Part shown: piece after piece, positions 28,872-38,330 of the stretch
How the letters are laid out: each line of letters opens with the position of its first letter
How positions within the stretch are numbered: position 1 is the stretch's first letter
Source of the DNA: a virus
Reading direction: 5' to 3' (one strand)
Length of the DNA: 64,000 nucleotides
IMG/VR virus record: IMGVR_UViG_3300025151_000016
Made by a program: the position numbers and the translations under genes
Notes under the pieces: model-generated
What the model was told of the DNA's origin: nothing
Database searches by the model: none
Seen by the model: the letters and a program-made list of their open reading frames with translations, nothing else

Positions 28872-28879
28872 TATTTATA
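28872..28879 (-). promoter_or_regulatory. T4-type late promoter TATAAATA
   Basis: Exact consensus upstream of gp25. Confidence 0.8.
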
Positions 28880-28884
28880 ATGAT

Positions 28885-30846
28885 TTAGACAGCTTTAACT
28901 TCAATGAAATCACTGTTACTTTGCACAGCATTATTAAATCGTGTTTCTATTTGCCTATCAAAGGTTGCTGAATACGCCTCATTAATTTCTGGAACAGTAA
29001 TAATGAGTTGTGCGCTAATAGATCCACTAGGAGAATAGTTATCATAATCAAGAATCATCTTATCATATTGAACAAGATCTTTTAAATACACTGCAAGTTC
29101 AAATGTTTTTCTGTCATCTACCACACCGCTGCTATTATGAATTAACTCATATACAACAGCTCTTCCTTTTGTCGCTAAGTCTTTTATATCATCGCTTTCT
29201 AAGCTTTCTGTTAGAGCTGGTTCATAATAGCCTTCAACAACATTTAATGTGTAATCAGAAAATGCTCCAGAAGTTCTGTTGTTGTTTATCCATCTCATAA
29301 TATAAGCATTTGCCTGTAAATTACGAGCAATCTTAGCTTTATCTAATTTCTTCGTCGTATTAAAATTACTAGTTTCACCACTACCAGACAAGAAAGTAGC
29401 TACAGTTATACCTTCGGCTAATTTAGTTGCACTTGTTACGTTGTCAGTATTTGAAATGATAGTGCTTAAATTAGGTAAAAACCTTTTTATTGTAGAAATA
29501 CTTGTTGGGGTAAAGTCTGAGAAAGTATTCGTTCCTCTATTTCCAATTTTAGTTTGACCTCTAAACTGTGTGCCAGATTTAGCAGCAATACGACCAACAC
29601 CGGGTGGCGCAGCGTTTGAATATTCTGAATTTAATTTTCCAGTAGCAACGGCGTTTGATACAAATTCATCGTTTGCTCGATTATTTGCATCTCTAAATTT
29701 AGATCTAATTTCATTTGTTGTCATTTCTAAGTCAGACAATCCGCCTGTAAATCTTGCTTTATTAAATGCATTTATTAGTTCTGTTTCATCTATTGAAACA
29801 TCCACGACACCTTTACTGCCTTGATTCAAGTAATCGGATAGAATAGTTGATGTTGGTGTAACAGTTGTAGGAGTAGATACAGACGTATGAGATCCAGCTG
29901 ATCCTCCGCCTCCAAGTCCAGCTGTGCCAGCTCTTCCTGCTTGTGTAGCTGTTAACGCATTTCCGTTAAGCGAACCAGTAAATGTTGGTGCTGTTACGCC
30001 TTCGCCAAACGTAGCGCCTTTGCCGTATATCACTACGCCTTGACCACCTATAGTTCCGATTGAACCCATAACTAATAAATTATCGGCTGCAATGTTTGCA
30101 TTCGGAGAAGATATGTCTGTTGAAACTTTTCCAGACATGCGAAGAATATCTCCACTGTGTAATGAAACTGCACCTTCACCTACAAGTTTTAATTCACCTT
30201 TTGTAATATTTGTATTGTTACCAAGAGTTGTAATTGAATTTGACTTAATTATAGTTTCAGATTTATTCTCTAGAACAACTGTGCCTTTGTTCTTTGTAAC
30301 AGTTTCTCTATGGTTTCCTTTAATAGTTTCTGTAAGGTTACCTTTTAGATTCACATTCATATTTAAAGCTGATACGTTAAAATCACCAGCCACTTTAAAA
30401 TCAACGTCACCTTTAAAATCATATGAAGCATTACCACTTACAACAATCGTCATATCATCTTTGATTGTCATAATGTGGCTTTTACCAACACTGATACCAA
30501 TTGATCCGTCTGGTAAAATATCAATACCAGCACCGGTTTTATGTTTAATTAGGATACGTTCACCGCCTGGTGTGTCATTAAATTCTATTACATGACCAGA
30601 TGGTGTAGTATTAATATCATTTTTAGTAGCTTCAGTAGGTAATTCTGGAGATGTGATCTTTAGATTTTTGCCGGCTGCGCCAAAATAACCTAGCTGTTTA
30701 TTGTCAGCTCCTCTCCATCCTTTGTTTAAAGATGATTGATACCAATAGCTCTTTGGTGGAAAACTTCCACTTGGATCATCAAACGTACCTGGCGAAGCTT
30801 CACCTGGCTCATCGCCAATTAATTCATCATCTTTTTCTTCAGCCAT
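28885..30846 (-). CDS. gp5 C-terminal part (beta-helix spike) with C-terminal peptidase-M15-like domain
   Basis: TPSGHVIEFNDTPGGERI.I.H.TG followed by V.G/I.GN beta-helix repeats. Confidence 0.75.
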   Translation of the reverse strand: MAEEKDDELIGDEPGEASPGTFDDPSGSFPPKSYWYQSSLNKGWRGADNKQLGYFGAAGKNLKITSPELPTEATKNDINTTPSGHVIEFNDTPGGERILIKHKTGAGIDILPDGSIGISVGKSHIMTIKDDMTIVVSGNASYDFKGDVDFKVAGDFNVSALNMNVNLKGNLTETIKGNHRETVTKNKGTVVLENKSETIIKSNSITTLGNNTNITKGELKLVGEGAVSLHSGDILRMSGKVSTDISSPNANIAADNLLVMGSIGTIGGQGVVIYGKGATFGEGVTAPTFTGSLNGNALTATQAGRAGTAGLGGGGSAGSHTSVSTPTTVTPTSTILSDYLNQGSKGVVDVSIDETELINAFNKARFTGGLSDLEMTTNEIRSKFRDANNRANDEFVSNAVATGKLNSEYSNAAPPGVGRIAAKSGTQFRGQTKIGNRGTNTFSDFTPTSISTIKRFLPNLSTIISNTDNVTSATKLAEGITVATFLSGSGETSNFNTTKKLDKAKIARNLQANAYIMRWINNNRTSGAFSDYTLNVVEGYYEPALTESLESDDIKDLATKGRAVVYELIHNSSGVVDDRKTFELAVYLKDLVQYDKMILDYDNYSPSGSISAQLIITVPEINEAYSATFDRQIETRFNNAVQSNSDFIEVKAV

Positions 30847-31469
30847 TATGCAGTTCCTTTTTGTCTTACAGCTTCAGCAAGAAGTTCTGCTACACTTAAT
30901 GATTGATCAGGATGCGGTGTAACGAATATATGTGCATCAAATTTATTATTGCAGTATTCAACCACGTCAAATCCTGGATCTATTTTGTTATTTGGATCTG
31001 TGTCATTATGACCAAATGCCTGTCCATATGGAAAAGCTTTGAAAAAAGAATCCATGAACGTATCAAATGTTTTAAACTGTGCATCTGTCAAGCTATCAGC
31101 AGAAGCATGTCTTGAATTCAAAGCAACAGCTTGATAGCCACCGAGTCTTGATGCTTCTTCTGATGTTAAATTAATACCACCAACAAACGCTATACCAATT
31201 GAATGTTGATTTCTTCTAAGCGCATGAGCTCCTTGTTTATTAATGTCTCTTCCTCGTTGTAACGAACCATCTCGTAAAATAATAAAATGATAACCTATTT
31301 CATTGAATCCACGATTTACATGTGCACGATTTATCTGCTCTGAATTTATATCTTGATCTATAAAGTTTGCAGTCCAATGTACAACAACTTCTGTGATCTC
31401 ACGTGTAGCTGAAACAAGTGTAGAATCAAGTTCTTCTTGTGTTTCAATATAACTAAATTGATCTGCCAT
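30846..31469 (-). CDS. N-acetylmuramoyl-L-alanine amidase (T7-lysozyme/Amidase_2 type)
   Basis: VVVHWTA, H..RGF..IGYHF.I.RDG..Q.GR....GAH....N..SIGI.FVGG, GHND...K.DPGFDV. Confidence 0.88.
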   Translation of the reverse strand: MADQFSYIETQEELDSTLVSATREITEVVVHWTANFIDQDINSEQINRAHVNRGFNEIGYHFIILRDGSLQRGRDINKQGAHALRRNQHSIGIAFVGGINLTSEEASRLGGYQAVALNSRHASADSLTDAQFKTFDTFMDSFFKAFPYGQAFGHNDTDPNNKIDPGFDVVEYCNNKFDAHIFVTPHPDQSLSVAELLAEAVRQKGTA

Positions 31470-31478
31470 AGTATCCTC

Positions 31479-32366
31479 TTATAAAATAGTGCCACTTGTA
31501 GTTTTAGATGAAAGCGGTTTATCTTTAGCTACTTTATCTGCCATTGTTACTGGAATTGTATCAAGTAAATTTTCAATCTCAGTAAGAGATTTTGAAGAAA
31601 AAGGTTTAAGCTTTTCTGCAGCTTCAGCTCTTTTATTTTGTTCTAATAGTTGAGCAACATCTGGTTTCATGTTAGGAGGTAACTTACTACCTTCTGCAAT
31701 ATTATTTAAAACAGGACCAAGTTGGCCATTAAATTGTTCCGTAAGATTCTTTAGTTGACCTGTATATCCATTTGTGTTGTTACCAATCTCTGCTTCAAGG
31801 CCAGCAGAAAATTTAGTTACTTCTTTCAGAAAACTATCTGCAACAGGTTTACCTTTACCTACAACTGTTTTTAATGCAGTAGATAAATCTGAAGAGCTTT
31901 GATTTGTTACAGGGTTCAATGCTGAAGATACTTTATCTAACGATTCTCCAGTTAATTCTTCAAGTGCTTTACTCATGGCCTCTGTAGTAGGAGAAGTTAC
32001 TTTGAAATTAAGTAAACCTCCTCCGATTGTTGTACCAGAAAGTGTTTCTAAATCTGAATTACTTGAAGGAGAATCTTTAACTATATTTTTCAAACCAGAT
32101 GCATTCCCTTTGAGAACGACTACACCTTTTGATGCAACTTTATCTGCTTCTTCCAATCCTTCAAGATCGTCTAACTCTGTTGTAATAGATTCAAAACCAG
32201 CGCCTTCATTGCCAACTGCTGTGGCAAGTTTGCTTTCCCTTAAGGCTCTATGCTGTTTTACTATTTCTTGTGCTCGAGGAGATAAACCATCAATGTTTAC
32301 TCTTCGAACCACACCGTCTAGTTCTCTGTTTAATGCATCATTACTTATTTCAGGTGTCTTAGCCAT
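31479..32366 (-). CDS. Hypothetical protein within the gp5 locus
   Basis: 295-aa helical ORF coupled (TAATG) to the gp5 N-terminal gene. Confidence 0.55.
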   Translation of the reverse strand: MAKTPEISNDALNRELDGVVRRVNIDGLSPRAQEIVKQHRALRESKLATAVGNEGAGFESITTELDDLEGLEEADKVASKGVVVLKGNASGLKNIVKDSPSSNSDLETLSGTTIGGGLLNFKVTSPTTEAMSKALEELTGESLDKVSSALNPVTNQSSSDLSTALKTVVGKGKPVADSFLKEVTKFSAGLEAEIGNNTNGYTGQLKNLTEQFNGQLGPVLNNIAEGSKLPPNMKPDVAQLLEQNKRAEAAEKLKPFSSKSLTEIENLLDTIPVTMADKVAKDKPLSSKTTSGTIL

Positions 32367-33343
32367 TAAGAACCTCCAACCAATGCGTATGTATCAAATA
32401 CATTTAATGCATTTGCGACTCTTTCATTTTCACCGGTTCTTTCCTTTACAACTCGTCCTGTTAAATCTGTAGGTGGATCTCTGTACCCACTAAAGTCAGC
32501 ATCTGAAAATCCAGGTCTTTCATATTTTCTCATAAATGCAATTGCAGCATGATCTGCTCTCTTTGTAGCTTGCAGCGCGGTTTTAGCACTACTTTCGGTA
32601 GTTTCAAGTTCAGTTGTAACCCAAAATAGTTGAGACTTCAAAGTGTACGGATCTAGATTTGAACGATAACATAGATCAAGGAAAGGTTGCCATCGAGGAG
32701 GATGCCACTGCGCAATGCCATGAGCCTTGCCTCCATCACCTCTTCTTTGAGTGTTAATTACATCATCAGCAAAATTAGCGCATTCAACAATTAGGTTTCC
32801 AATAATACCAGCTGATTGTTCTGGTGTATATCCTCCACCTATGTCAGAAAGGAACCAATTAAAAGCTTGTTCAACTTTGCTGTTACCAGCTGGTGTAGGT
32901 ATGTCTCTAAGATATTCAGAAGAACCAGTTGTACCTGGTGGACCTTCTTCTTTTACATTTGCATAATTATCTTCAAACGAACCACCTCGTTGTTCGCTTT
33001 GCCGAGTTTGTGTTTCGGTTGGTGTAAGTGTATAAGGAATTGATCCAATAACAAGAGGTTGCTGTGACTGCGGACCATCTAAAAATATTCCAACAACTTG
33101 AGCACCTACGCCAATCCTTGGACCTCGACCATGTATAACACCAACTTCAGTTGTAGGAATAACAACGGAAGCCCAGGGTAAATCAGCATCTGTTATTTCT
33201 GGATGATCGTGGACTCCAACTATACGTACCTTAAGTCTGCCGAGACTTAAAGGATCACCGGTGTTACGAATAACAGTACCTATAAACCACCGCGTAGTAT
33301 CGCCGTAGAATCCAGTAGTTTGTATTGTTTTCATACCTTGCAT
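32366..33343 (-). CDS. gp5: gp5 N-terminal OB-fold fused to phage tail lysozyme (lysozyme-2 type)
   Basis: WFIGTV....DPL.LGRLKVRIVG.H...DLPWA...VVG.FLDG...QQP.V.GS; AGIIGNL..E...GIAQW..PR...F...YERP. Confidence 0.85.
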   Translation of the reverse strand: MQGMKTIQTTGFYGDTTRWFIGTVIRNTGDPLSLGRLKVRIVGVHDHPEITDADLPWASVVIPTTEVGVIHGRGPRIGVGAQVVGIFLDGPQSQQPLVIGSIPYTLTPTETQTRQSEQRGGSFEDNYANVKEEGPPGTTGSSEYLRDIPTPAGNSKVEQAFNWFLSDIGGGYTPEQSAGIIGNLIVECANFADDVINTQRRGDGGKAHGIAQWHPPRWQPFLDLCYRSNLDPYTLKSQLFWVTTELETTESSAKTALQATKRADHAAIAFMRKYERPGFSDADFSGYRDPPTDLTGRVVKERTGENERVANALNVFDTYALVGGS

Positions 33344-33352
33344 GTTATAATC

Positions 33353-34819
33353 CTAATATGGTCCTGATGCATCAACATTATAAGCGTAGTTGTCTTGAGT
33401 ATGTATTGTGTCTATTAGTTTTACGCCTGTTAGATGAGCCATGTATCCTTCTCGAGTAAAAGAGTGTCTAGCAGCATATATTAAATAGTCACCAGATTTT
33501 TTAGTATCTTCTTGAGTAGCGTTTTGCCCTTGAGTAGATGGTGCTAAGAATTGCAACTTATATTTATTTCCAATTGTCATATTAGCAAGCCCGGAAATAA
33601 AGTTTCTACCTGGTACAGAAAAGTTTAGTGAATAGTTAACTACCCAGTGTCTCAATCCTTTTGAATCCAATCTTTCTACAAACTCACCAACTGATCTACT
33701 TTCTCCTATGGAATATATGTTTGCATCATATAAGTCTGATGAATATATATTTGAAACAAGATGAGATGAATTACGCTGGTGGATTTGTACTTCTTGAGCA
33801 TCTCCACCCTTTTCTTTTAAAGCAGCATTAATAGGATATGCATCTTGTAGATTAATAGGTTTTTCTCCTAAAGCTCTTCCAATCTGAGCTCTTGTTTCAA
33901 ACATATCATAGGCTGTCCAACGGTTCTTGTCTTTATTGTTTCCAGATTGTCTATGACCTGGATATATTACTTTGTTTCTCGTAACATCATGAAATGCAAA
34001 TTGGCTATTTAAAAAACCATTTGAATTAATCTTTAAAAGTTCATCGTTACTGGGGTTACTATATTTTTCAATGTTATACGCATCTCTATCTATCGATGGA
34101 TTTTCTGCATTTGTAAAAGCTTGAGAATATTTGTATGGTGAGGTTCTTGCGTTTACTGGTTCTCCTGATAACATTTTAGATAAAGGCAAAAGGTGAAGTT
34201 TATCATTAGTAAGAGTAGAAAAGAAATAAAAAGGAGAAGCGTCTTCGGTAGTAATTCTATCCTTTATCCAATCTGCCGCTTTAAGTGGTCTCATGTCTGG
34301 AATAACTACACCAAACTGGCCTTGTGCATCTTGACTTGTTTCATATTCAGGACCAGCATCTCTTGGTTGAGAAAGCTCTTTCCCTAAAAATTCTTTAACA
34401 ATTGTTGAAATTATTTCATAACCCTTACCAAAGTAAGACTTATTAACGTTTTGCATTTCAGAAAGATAACCGATGTCTTCAAGGAGATGAATAGTAATAA
34501 CGCTTTGGCTATCATTTGTTCGAATACTCTTTACCACTTTTGATATGAAAAAGCTTTTTTCTATTGATAAAGCTGCACTTTCTGGAAGTTTCACTCTTAA
34601 ATCAAACTTTTCAACACCGTAAAAGTTTATTCGTTCATCTAAACTTTCTGGATCTAAGAAAGTAGCTACTCCTGTAATGTATGGCTTATCTAAATGCTCA
34701 TATACATCGATGTCAGTAATAACATCGGTAATAACAAATTCTTCTCCATTAGAAGCCGTTATCACTGCTTCTTCAAATACAATATCCGTTGCGGATGTTG
34801 ACTGGACTTTTTTTTCCAT
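33353..34819 (-). CDS. Baseplate hub protein (gp27-like)
   Basis: Between gp53 and gp5; IDVYE....PYITG, PFYFF.T, VPG...M.IG, SG.YLI...RH.F. Confidence 0.6.
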   Translation of the reverse strand: MEKKVQSTSATDIVFEEAVITASNGEEFVITDVITDIDVYEHLDKPYITGVATFLDPESLDERINFYGVEKFDLRVKLPESAALSIEKSFFISKVVKSIRTNDSQSVITIHLLEDIGYLSEMQNVNKSYFGKGYEIISTIVKEFLGKELSQPRDAGPEYETSQDAQGQFGVVIPDMRPLKAADWIKDRITTEDASPFYFFSTLTNDKLHLLPLSKMLSGEPVNARTSPYKYSQAFTNAENPSIDRDAYNIEKYSNPSNDELLKINSNGFLNSQFAFHDVTRNKVIYPGHRQSGNNKDKNRWTAYDMFETRAQIGRALGEKPINLQDAYPINAALKEKGGDAQEVQIHQRNSSHLVSNIYSSDLYDANIYSIGESRSVGEFVERLDSKGLRHWVVNYSLNFSVPGRNFISGLANMTIGNKYKLQFLAPSTQGQNATQEDTKKSGDYLIYAARHSFTREGYMAHLTGVKLIDTIHTQDNYAYNVDASGPY

Positions 34820-34820
34820 A

Positions 34821-35543
34821 TTATGATCTCAATGCTTGATTGAATGCATTTACCACATCGCTTAAAGCTCTCGGTTTAATTACTTTAATAGATCTTAATG
34901 CATCGTTTGATGCTATGTGTCTATCTAAATGAGTTATTTCTGCAAGAGATGACGCATTACCTACAGCCGGATCAATGTCTACATACTGACCCGATGAATT
35001 CTCATAATGATGAACAGCATTATATTCTCGTGATGCTGCTGAAAGAGTTACCGATTGAACTGTATCGCCGACAGTTGACGTAATTACTTCGGTTGATGTA
35101 AATGTATGCGCACCTTCAACAATGATTTGCCCAAACTCAAGTCTGCGTTTTATAATAGTACCAGTTGCACCAGACGATGAACCGGATACTGTTTGTCCTG
35201 GTAAAAATATTCCAGTTAGAACATTAGTGGTTGTAAGAGTAGTATTCGGAAAATGTTCTTGCGCCATTTCTTCAATCTTTATATTTCCTAGTGGCCAACC
35301 CTGATCTTTCAAAGTATCGTTTAGAAGATAAAAAGTCCAATGGTAGTGAGGTGATCCGTATAACTTAAATGATACGGTGTCTGGTCTATCGCCATCTAAA
35401 ACGTTATAAAACTGGTAAAAGTTAACGTCATCTTTTATCTGATCAATAATATCTACATATGCAGAAATATCTTGGAAAGCAGTTGCACTTTCTTCATTAC
35501 CAAACTTATATGTTACATTAGGAAAGTTATAAAAGTATGCCAT
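34821..35543 (-). CDS. gp53: Baseplate wedge subunit gp53
   Basis: YF..FP...Y, Y.V.DGDRPD.VS.KLYG....HW...L.N, GWP, N...R.IKVIKP. Confidence 0.88.
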   Translation of the reverse strand: MAYFYNFPNVTYKFGNEESATAFQDISAYVDIIDQIKDDVNFYQFYNVLDGDRPDTVSFKLYGSPHYHWTFYLLNDTLKDQGWPLGNIKIEEMAQEHFPNTTLTTTNVLTGIFLPGQTVSGSSSGATGTIIKRRLEFGQIIVEGAHTFTSTEVITSTVGDTVQSVTLSAASREYNAVHHYENSSGQYVDIDPAVGNASSLAEITHLDRHIASNDALRSIKVIKPRALSDVVNAFNQALRS

Positions 35544-36457
35544 TAGAAACCCTCCACAATATCTTGTTTATTAAGCGTTCTTTCTTCTACGAATGCAAGT
35601 GTAATATCTACCTCTGAAGGTTTACCATCAACATGGAAACCCATATTCCCAGGGTTATATGTCGTACTTATATCTTTAAGATAAACAGGTTTAATTTTTG
35701 TTGCCACTTGTTGATTATTATATGACATTTCAATATCAAATAAGTTAGGAAAGTTATATCCAATAATTTCAGTACCGCCACCAGTTACTGAAGGATAAAG
35801 TTCAGTTCTAAAGAACTTAATAATTTTATCAATCTCTTCTGCTTCATCTGCGGAATTTGCAATCATTTTAAATTGAAACGCAAAGTTACGAATACCTACG
35901 GCTGTAAACAACGTACGTTTATTTGGATTAATTGTAGTTCTTAATGTAGACTGCGCCACCTGTCCACCAGTTTCCCCAGCGAATCTTCGAGCAACTCTTG
36001 TCGCAGCCAGTCGTGCAGCTTCTTGATCGAGGCCTGTATTTCCAAGCATCAAATCATTAAAAGTTGATAAACTTTGACGACCAGCAGCTGCTATTGTTTG
36101 TCCAATATTGTCTCCTTGATTAATACTAGCTTCAGCTGTACCACCTATAACACCGAGTGATGCGTCTGTGTATTCAGCATTGTCTCTAAATGAAATTGCT
36201 TGTGGCAAATATAAAGACACTCTCTGTCCTGAATAGTTTCTTTTATTTGATTGTACACCGTACTTATAGTTATGTCTATCTCCAATTTCAACACCATCGT
36301 TTTGATTGGGATTTTCTGCATTAAACTCTTCAATAGTACTATTAACTAGCTTTTTAAAACCTACAAGGCTAACTTCAGGAACAGGTGGAGCAAAAGCACG
36401 AAATGTAATTCGTCCTTGATAATCTCGTTGATCGTCTTTTGGGAATCTTAGTGCCAT
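35543..36457 (-). CDS. gp48: Baseplate tail-tube cap gp48 (start re-assigned to ATG 36457)
   Basis: MALRFP; LYLP, NP....F.....R.F.F.FKM...S..EA..I..IIKFFR, FP..F.I, L......YNP, ITL.F.E; late promoter at 36493-36500. Confidence 0.8.
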   Translation of the reverse strand: MALRFPKDDQRDYQGRITFRAFAPPVPEVSLVGFKKLVNSTIEEFNAENPNQNDGVEIGDRHNYKYGVQSNKRNYSGQRVSLYLPQAISFRDNAEYTDASLGVIGGTAEASINQGDNIGQTIAAAGRQSLSTFNDLMLGNTGLDQEAARLAATRVARRFAGETGGQVAQSTLRTTINPNKRTLFTAVGIRNFAFQFKMIANSADEAEEIDKIIKFFRTELYPSVTGGGTEIIGYNFPNLFDIEMSYNNQQVATKIKPVYLKDISTTYNPGNMGFHVDGKPSEVDITLAFVEERTLNKQDIVEGF

Positions 36458-36465
36458 ATTGTACC

Positions 36466-36500
36466 TAATAAATAGTATGAAATCTTTAACATTATTTATA
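36466..36500. promoter_or_regulatory. Late promoter pair serving the divergent gp48 and gp4 genes: TAATAAATA (+, 36466-36474, for gp4) and TATAAATA (-, 36493-36500, for gp48)
   Basis: One exact and one variant gp55 consensus in the 53-bp gap. Confidence 0.7.
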
Positions 36501-36510
36501 AGGAAACTCG

Positions 36511-36999
36511 GTGGCTTATTCTGGTCGTTATAAAGTAAAAAATCGCAAGAAGTATAATGGTAATCCAGACAGTGTAGTTTTTCGATCAATGTGGGAAAGA
36601 CACTGCTTCAAGTGGTGTGATGAGAACTCAGAAATAAAAGCGTGGTCCAGCGAAGAGGTTGTGATACCATATTTCTATGAAGTGGATAAAAAGTATCATA
36701 GGTACTTTATGGATTTAAAGATTACATTTAAAACAGGTAAAACTATTCTTGTTGAAATCAAACCAGAAAAAGAAACACAACCACCAAAAAGACCTGACAA
36801 GTCAAAGCGTTATATTAGTGAGGCAATGACTTATGTTAAGAATAGAAATAAATGGGAAGCGGCAAGTAAATATGCAAAAGATAATAACTGGGGATTCCAG
36901 ATCTGGACTGAAAAGACTCTTACAAAGATGGGAATCATGCCAAAACAAATAAAGCCATTGAAGCCACTTAAGCCTTACCGAAAGAAAAAGAAACAATGA
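36511..36999 (+). CDS. gp4: Head completion nuclease gp4 (TnsA-like PD-(D/E)xK)
   Basis: YSGRY...N..KY.G.P...VFRS.WE....WCD.N..I..WSSEE.VIPY...D.K.HRYF.D...EIKP...N..KW.AA. Confidence 0.92.
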   Translation: MAYSGRYKVKNRKKYNGNPDSVVFRSMWERHCFKWCDENSEIKAWSSEEVVIPYFYEVDKKYHRYFMDLKITFKTGKTILVEIKPEKETQPPKRPDKSKRYISEAMTYVKNRNKWEAASKYAKDNNWGFQIWTEKTLTKMGIMPKQIKPLKPLKPYRKKKKQ

Positions 37000-37008
37000 T
37001 AAATCGGG

Positions 37009-37016
37009 TATAAATA
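37009..37016 (+). promoter_or_regulatory. T4-type late promoter TATAAATA, 5 nt before the gp2 ATG
   Basis: Exact consensus; no SD between promoter and ATG. Confidence 0.8.
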
Positions 37017-37021
37017 CTGGT

Positions 37022-37606
37022 ATGAGTAACTTATTCCAAACATTAGAATTCGAAGCTTTTAGAGCTGGAATTACGCCAAGAACACAGGAATCTCGAGATT
37101 GGTTTCGTAAGAAAGCCCAAACAATGAGGCGTGTCAATCGTAATCAGTTAATGAAAGAAGATCCAATTGAACTATCGAATCGTCAAGTCGTTGGTTCAAT
37201 GTATATGTTTTTCTATGATCCTAAGCTTAAGAAAGAACTTCCATACTATGATTCATTCCCGTTGGTGATTGTAATAGGACCAGCCGAAGGTGGATTCCTC
37301 GGCATGAATTTGCACTATCTACCTCCAATATTAAGAGCAAAGTTTTTGGATAGCTTGCTTGATGTTGCGAGTAATAATAAGTATGATGATACGACTAGGT
37401 TTAGAGTTTCATATTCAATATTAAAAAAAGCAGCAAAGTTTAAATACTTCAAGCCATGTGTTAAACATTACCTTTCAAACAATGTTAAAAGTAGGCTTGC
37501 CCGTGTACCCGCGCCTGAGTGGGAGATCGCTACATTCTTACCAACAGCAGATTTTCAAAAATCAGGTAAATCTTCTGTATATAGAGATTCAAGGAAAATG
37601 ATCTGA
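37022..37606 (+). CDS. gp2: DNA end protector protein gp2
   Basis: G.MY.F.YDPK.K..LPYYD.FPL...GF.G.NLHYLP...R...L, PC.KHYL, EW..A.FLP. Confidence 0.92.
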   Translation: MSNLFQTLEFEAFRAGITPRTQESRDWFRKKAQTMRRVNRNQLMKEDPIELSNRQVVGSMYMFFYDPKLKKELPYYDSFPLVIVIGPAEGGFLGMNLHYLPPILRAKFLDSLLDVASNNKYDDTTRFRVSYSILKKAAKFKYFKPCVKHYLSNNVKSRLARVPAPEWEIATFLPTADFQKSGKSSVYRDSRKMI

Positions 37607-38316
37607 TGTCAATTAACATAGAACAATTCAAAGGTGAAATATCTGCAAAGAATGGACCAGCAAGATCCAATCTTTTTATGATTGAACTACCAGCTTTTCC
37701 AGGAGCCACGACTCGAGCAGTTAACTTACTATGTAGAGATGTAAACTTGCCAGGAAGACAGGTAGCTACATATGATAAAGAGATCGGAACAAAGAGAGAA
37801 AAAGTTGCTTACGGCGCGGTTAGCGATGATGTAAGCTTATCTTTTCTTTTATTGAATGATTATGGGATAAAAGAATACTTTGAAAAGTGGCAACAAGCTG
37901 CATATAATCCGCACACATATCAAATCGGATATAAAAATGATTACGTTCGTAATGTTAGAATACACCAACTTAAAAAGGGAGTGGGCTTACCGGTTTACTC
38001 AACGCCTCTAGGAATACCTAGATTGCCAGAAATCATACAGCAACGGTTACCTCGAATAGGACCATTTGATTTTGCTCAAGGTGAGTTCAATCTGGATTTC
38101 TTGCTTGGTGACAATAAAATTTATTCATGTCAACTCGAAAAAGCTTTCCCTGTAACTATGGAAGCAATACCACTTAACAACGAATTAGACGGATTAGTAG
38201 AACTTAGAATTCAACTAGCATACACAAGATGGACTTCAAACTTTACTGATCAAAACCCACTTGAAAACTTTGTACAAACTGCAATAGGAACAGTACTGAC
38301 ACGAATTTTTAACTAA
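37606..38316 (+). CDS. Tail-tube-like baseplate protein (gp54/gp19-like)
   Basis: G.AR.N.F.I, LC..V.LPG, F..WQ, Y..DY, L..AFP; synteny gp2-x-gp26. Confidence 0.6.
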   Translation: MSINIEQFKGEISAKNGPARSNLFMIELPAFPGATTRAVNLLCRDVNLPGRQVATYDKEIGTKREKVAYGAVSDDVSLSFLLLNDYGIKEYFEKWQQAAYNPHTYQIGYKNDYVRNVRIHQLKKGVGLPVYSTPLGIPRLPEIIQQRLPRIGPFDFAQGEFNLDFLLGDNKIYSCQLEKAFPVTMEAIPLNNELDGLVELRIQLAYTRWTSNFTDQNPLENFVQTAIGTVLTRIFN

Positions 38317-38330
38317 AGGATGATATAGTT

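Noticed and set aside
28885-33343. Intron, intein or stop-codon recoding explaining the split gp5
   Set aside because: No homing endonuclease or intein motifs, junctions are clean start/stop overlaps, and TAA, TGA and TAG all terminate conserved genes normally in this window.
1320-35304. Many plus-strand ORFs in the track opposite structural genes (e.g. 1320..1610, 3826..4263, 14652..15059, 30092..30595, 31975..32472)
   Set aside because: Antisense shadows of Gly/Thr/Ser-rich genes (Pro/Val/Leu-rich translations), with no RBS, promoter or motifs.
36458-36589. N-terminal 44 aa of the 348-aa ORF 35543..36589
   Set aside because: Overlaps gp4 and the late promoters; the real start is ATG 36457 (MALRFP).
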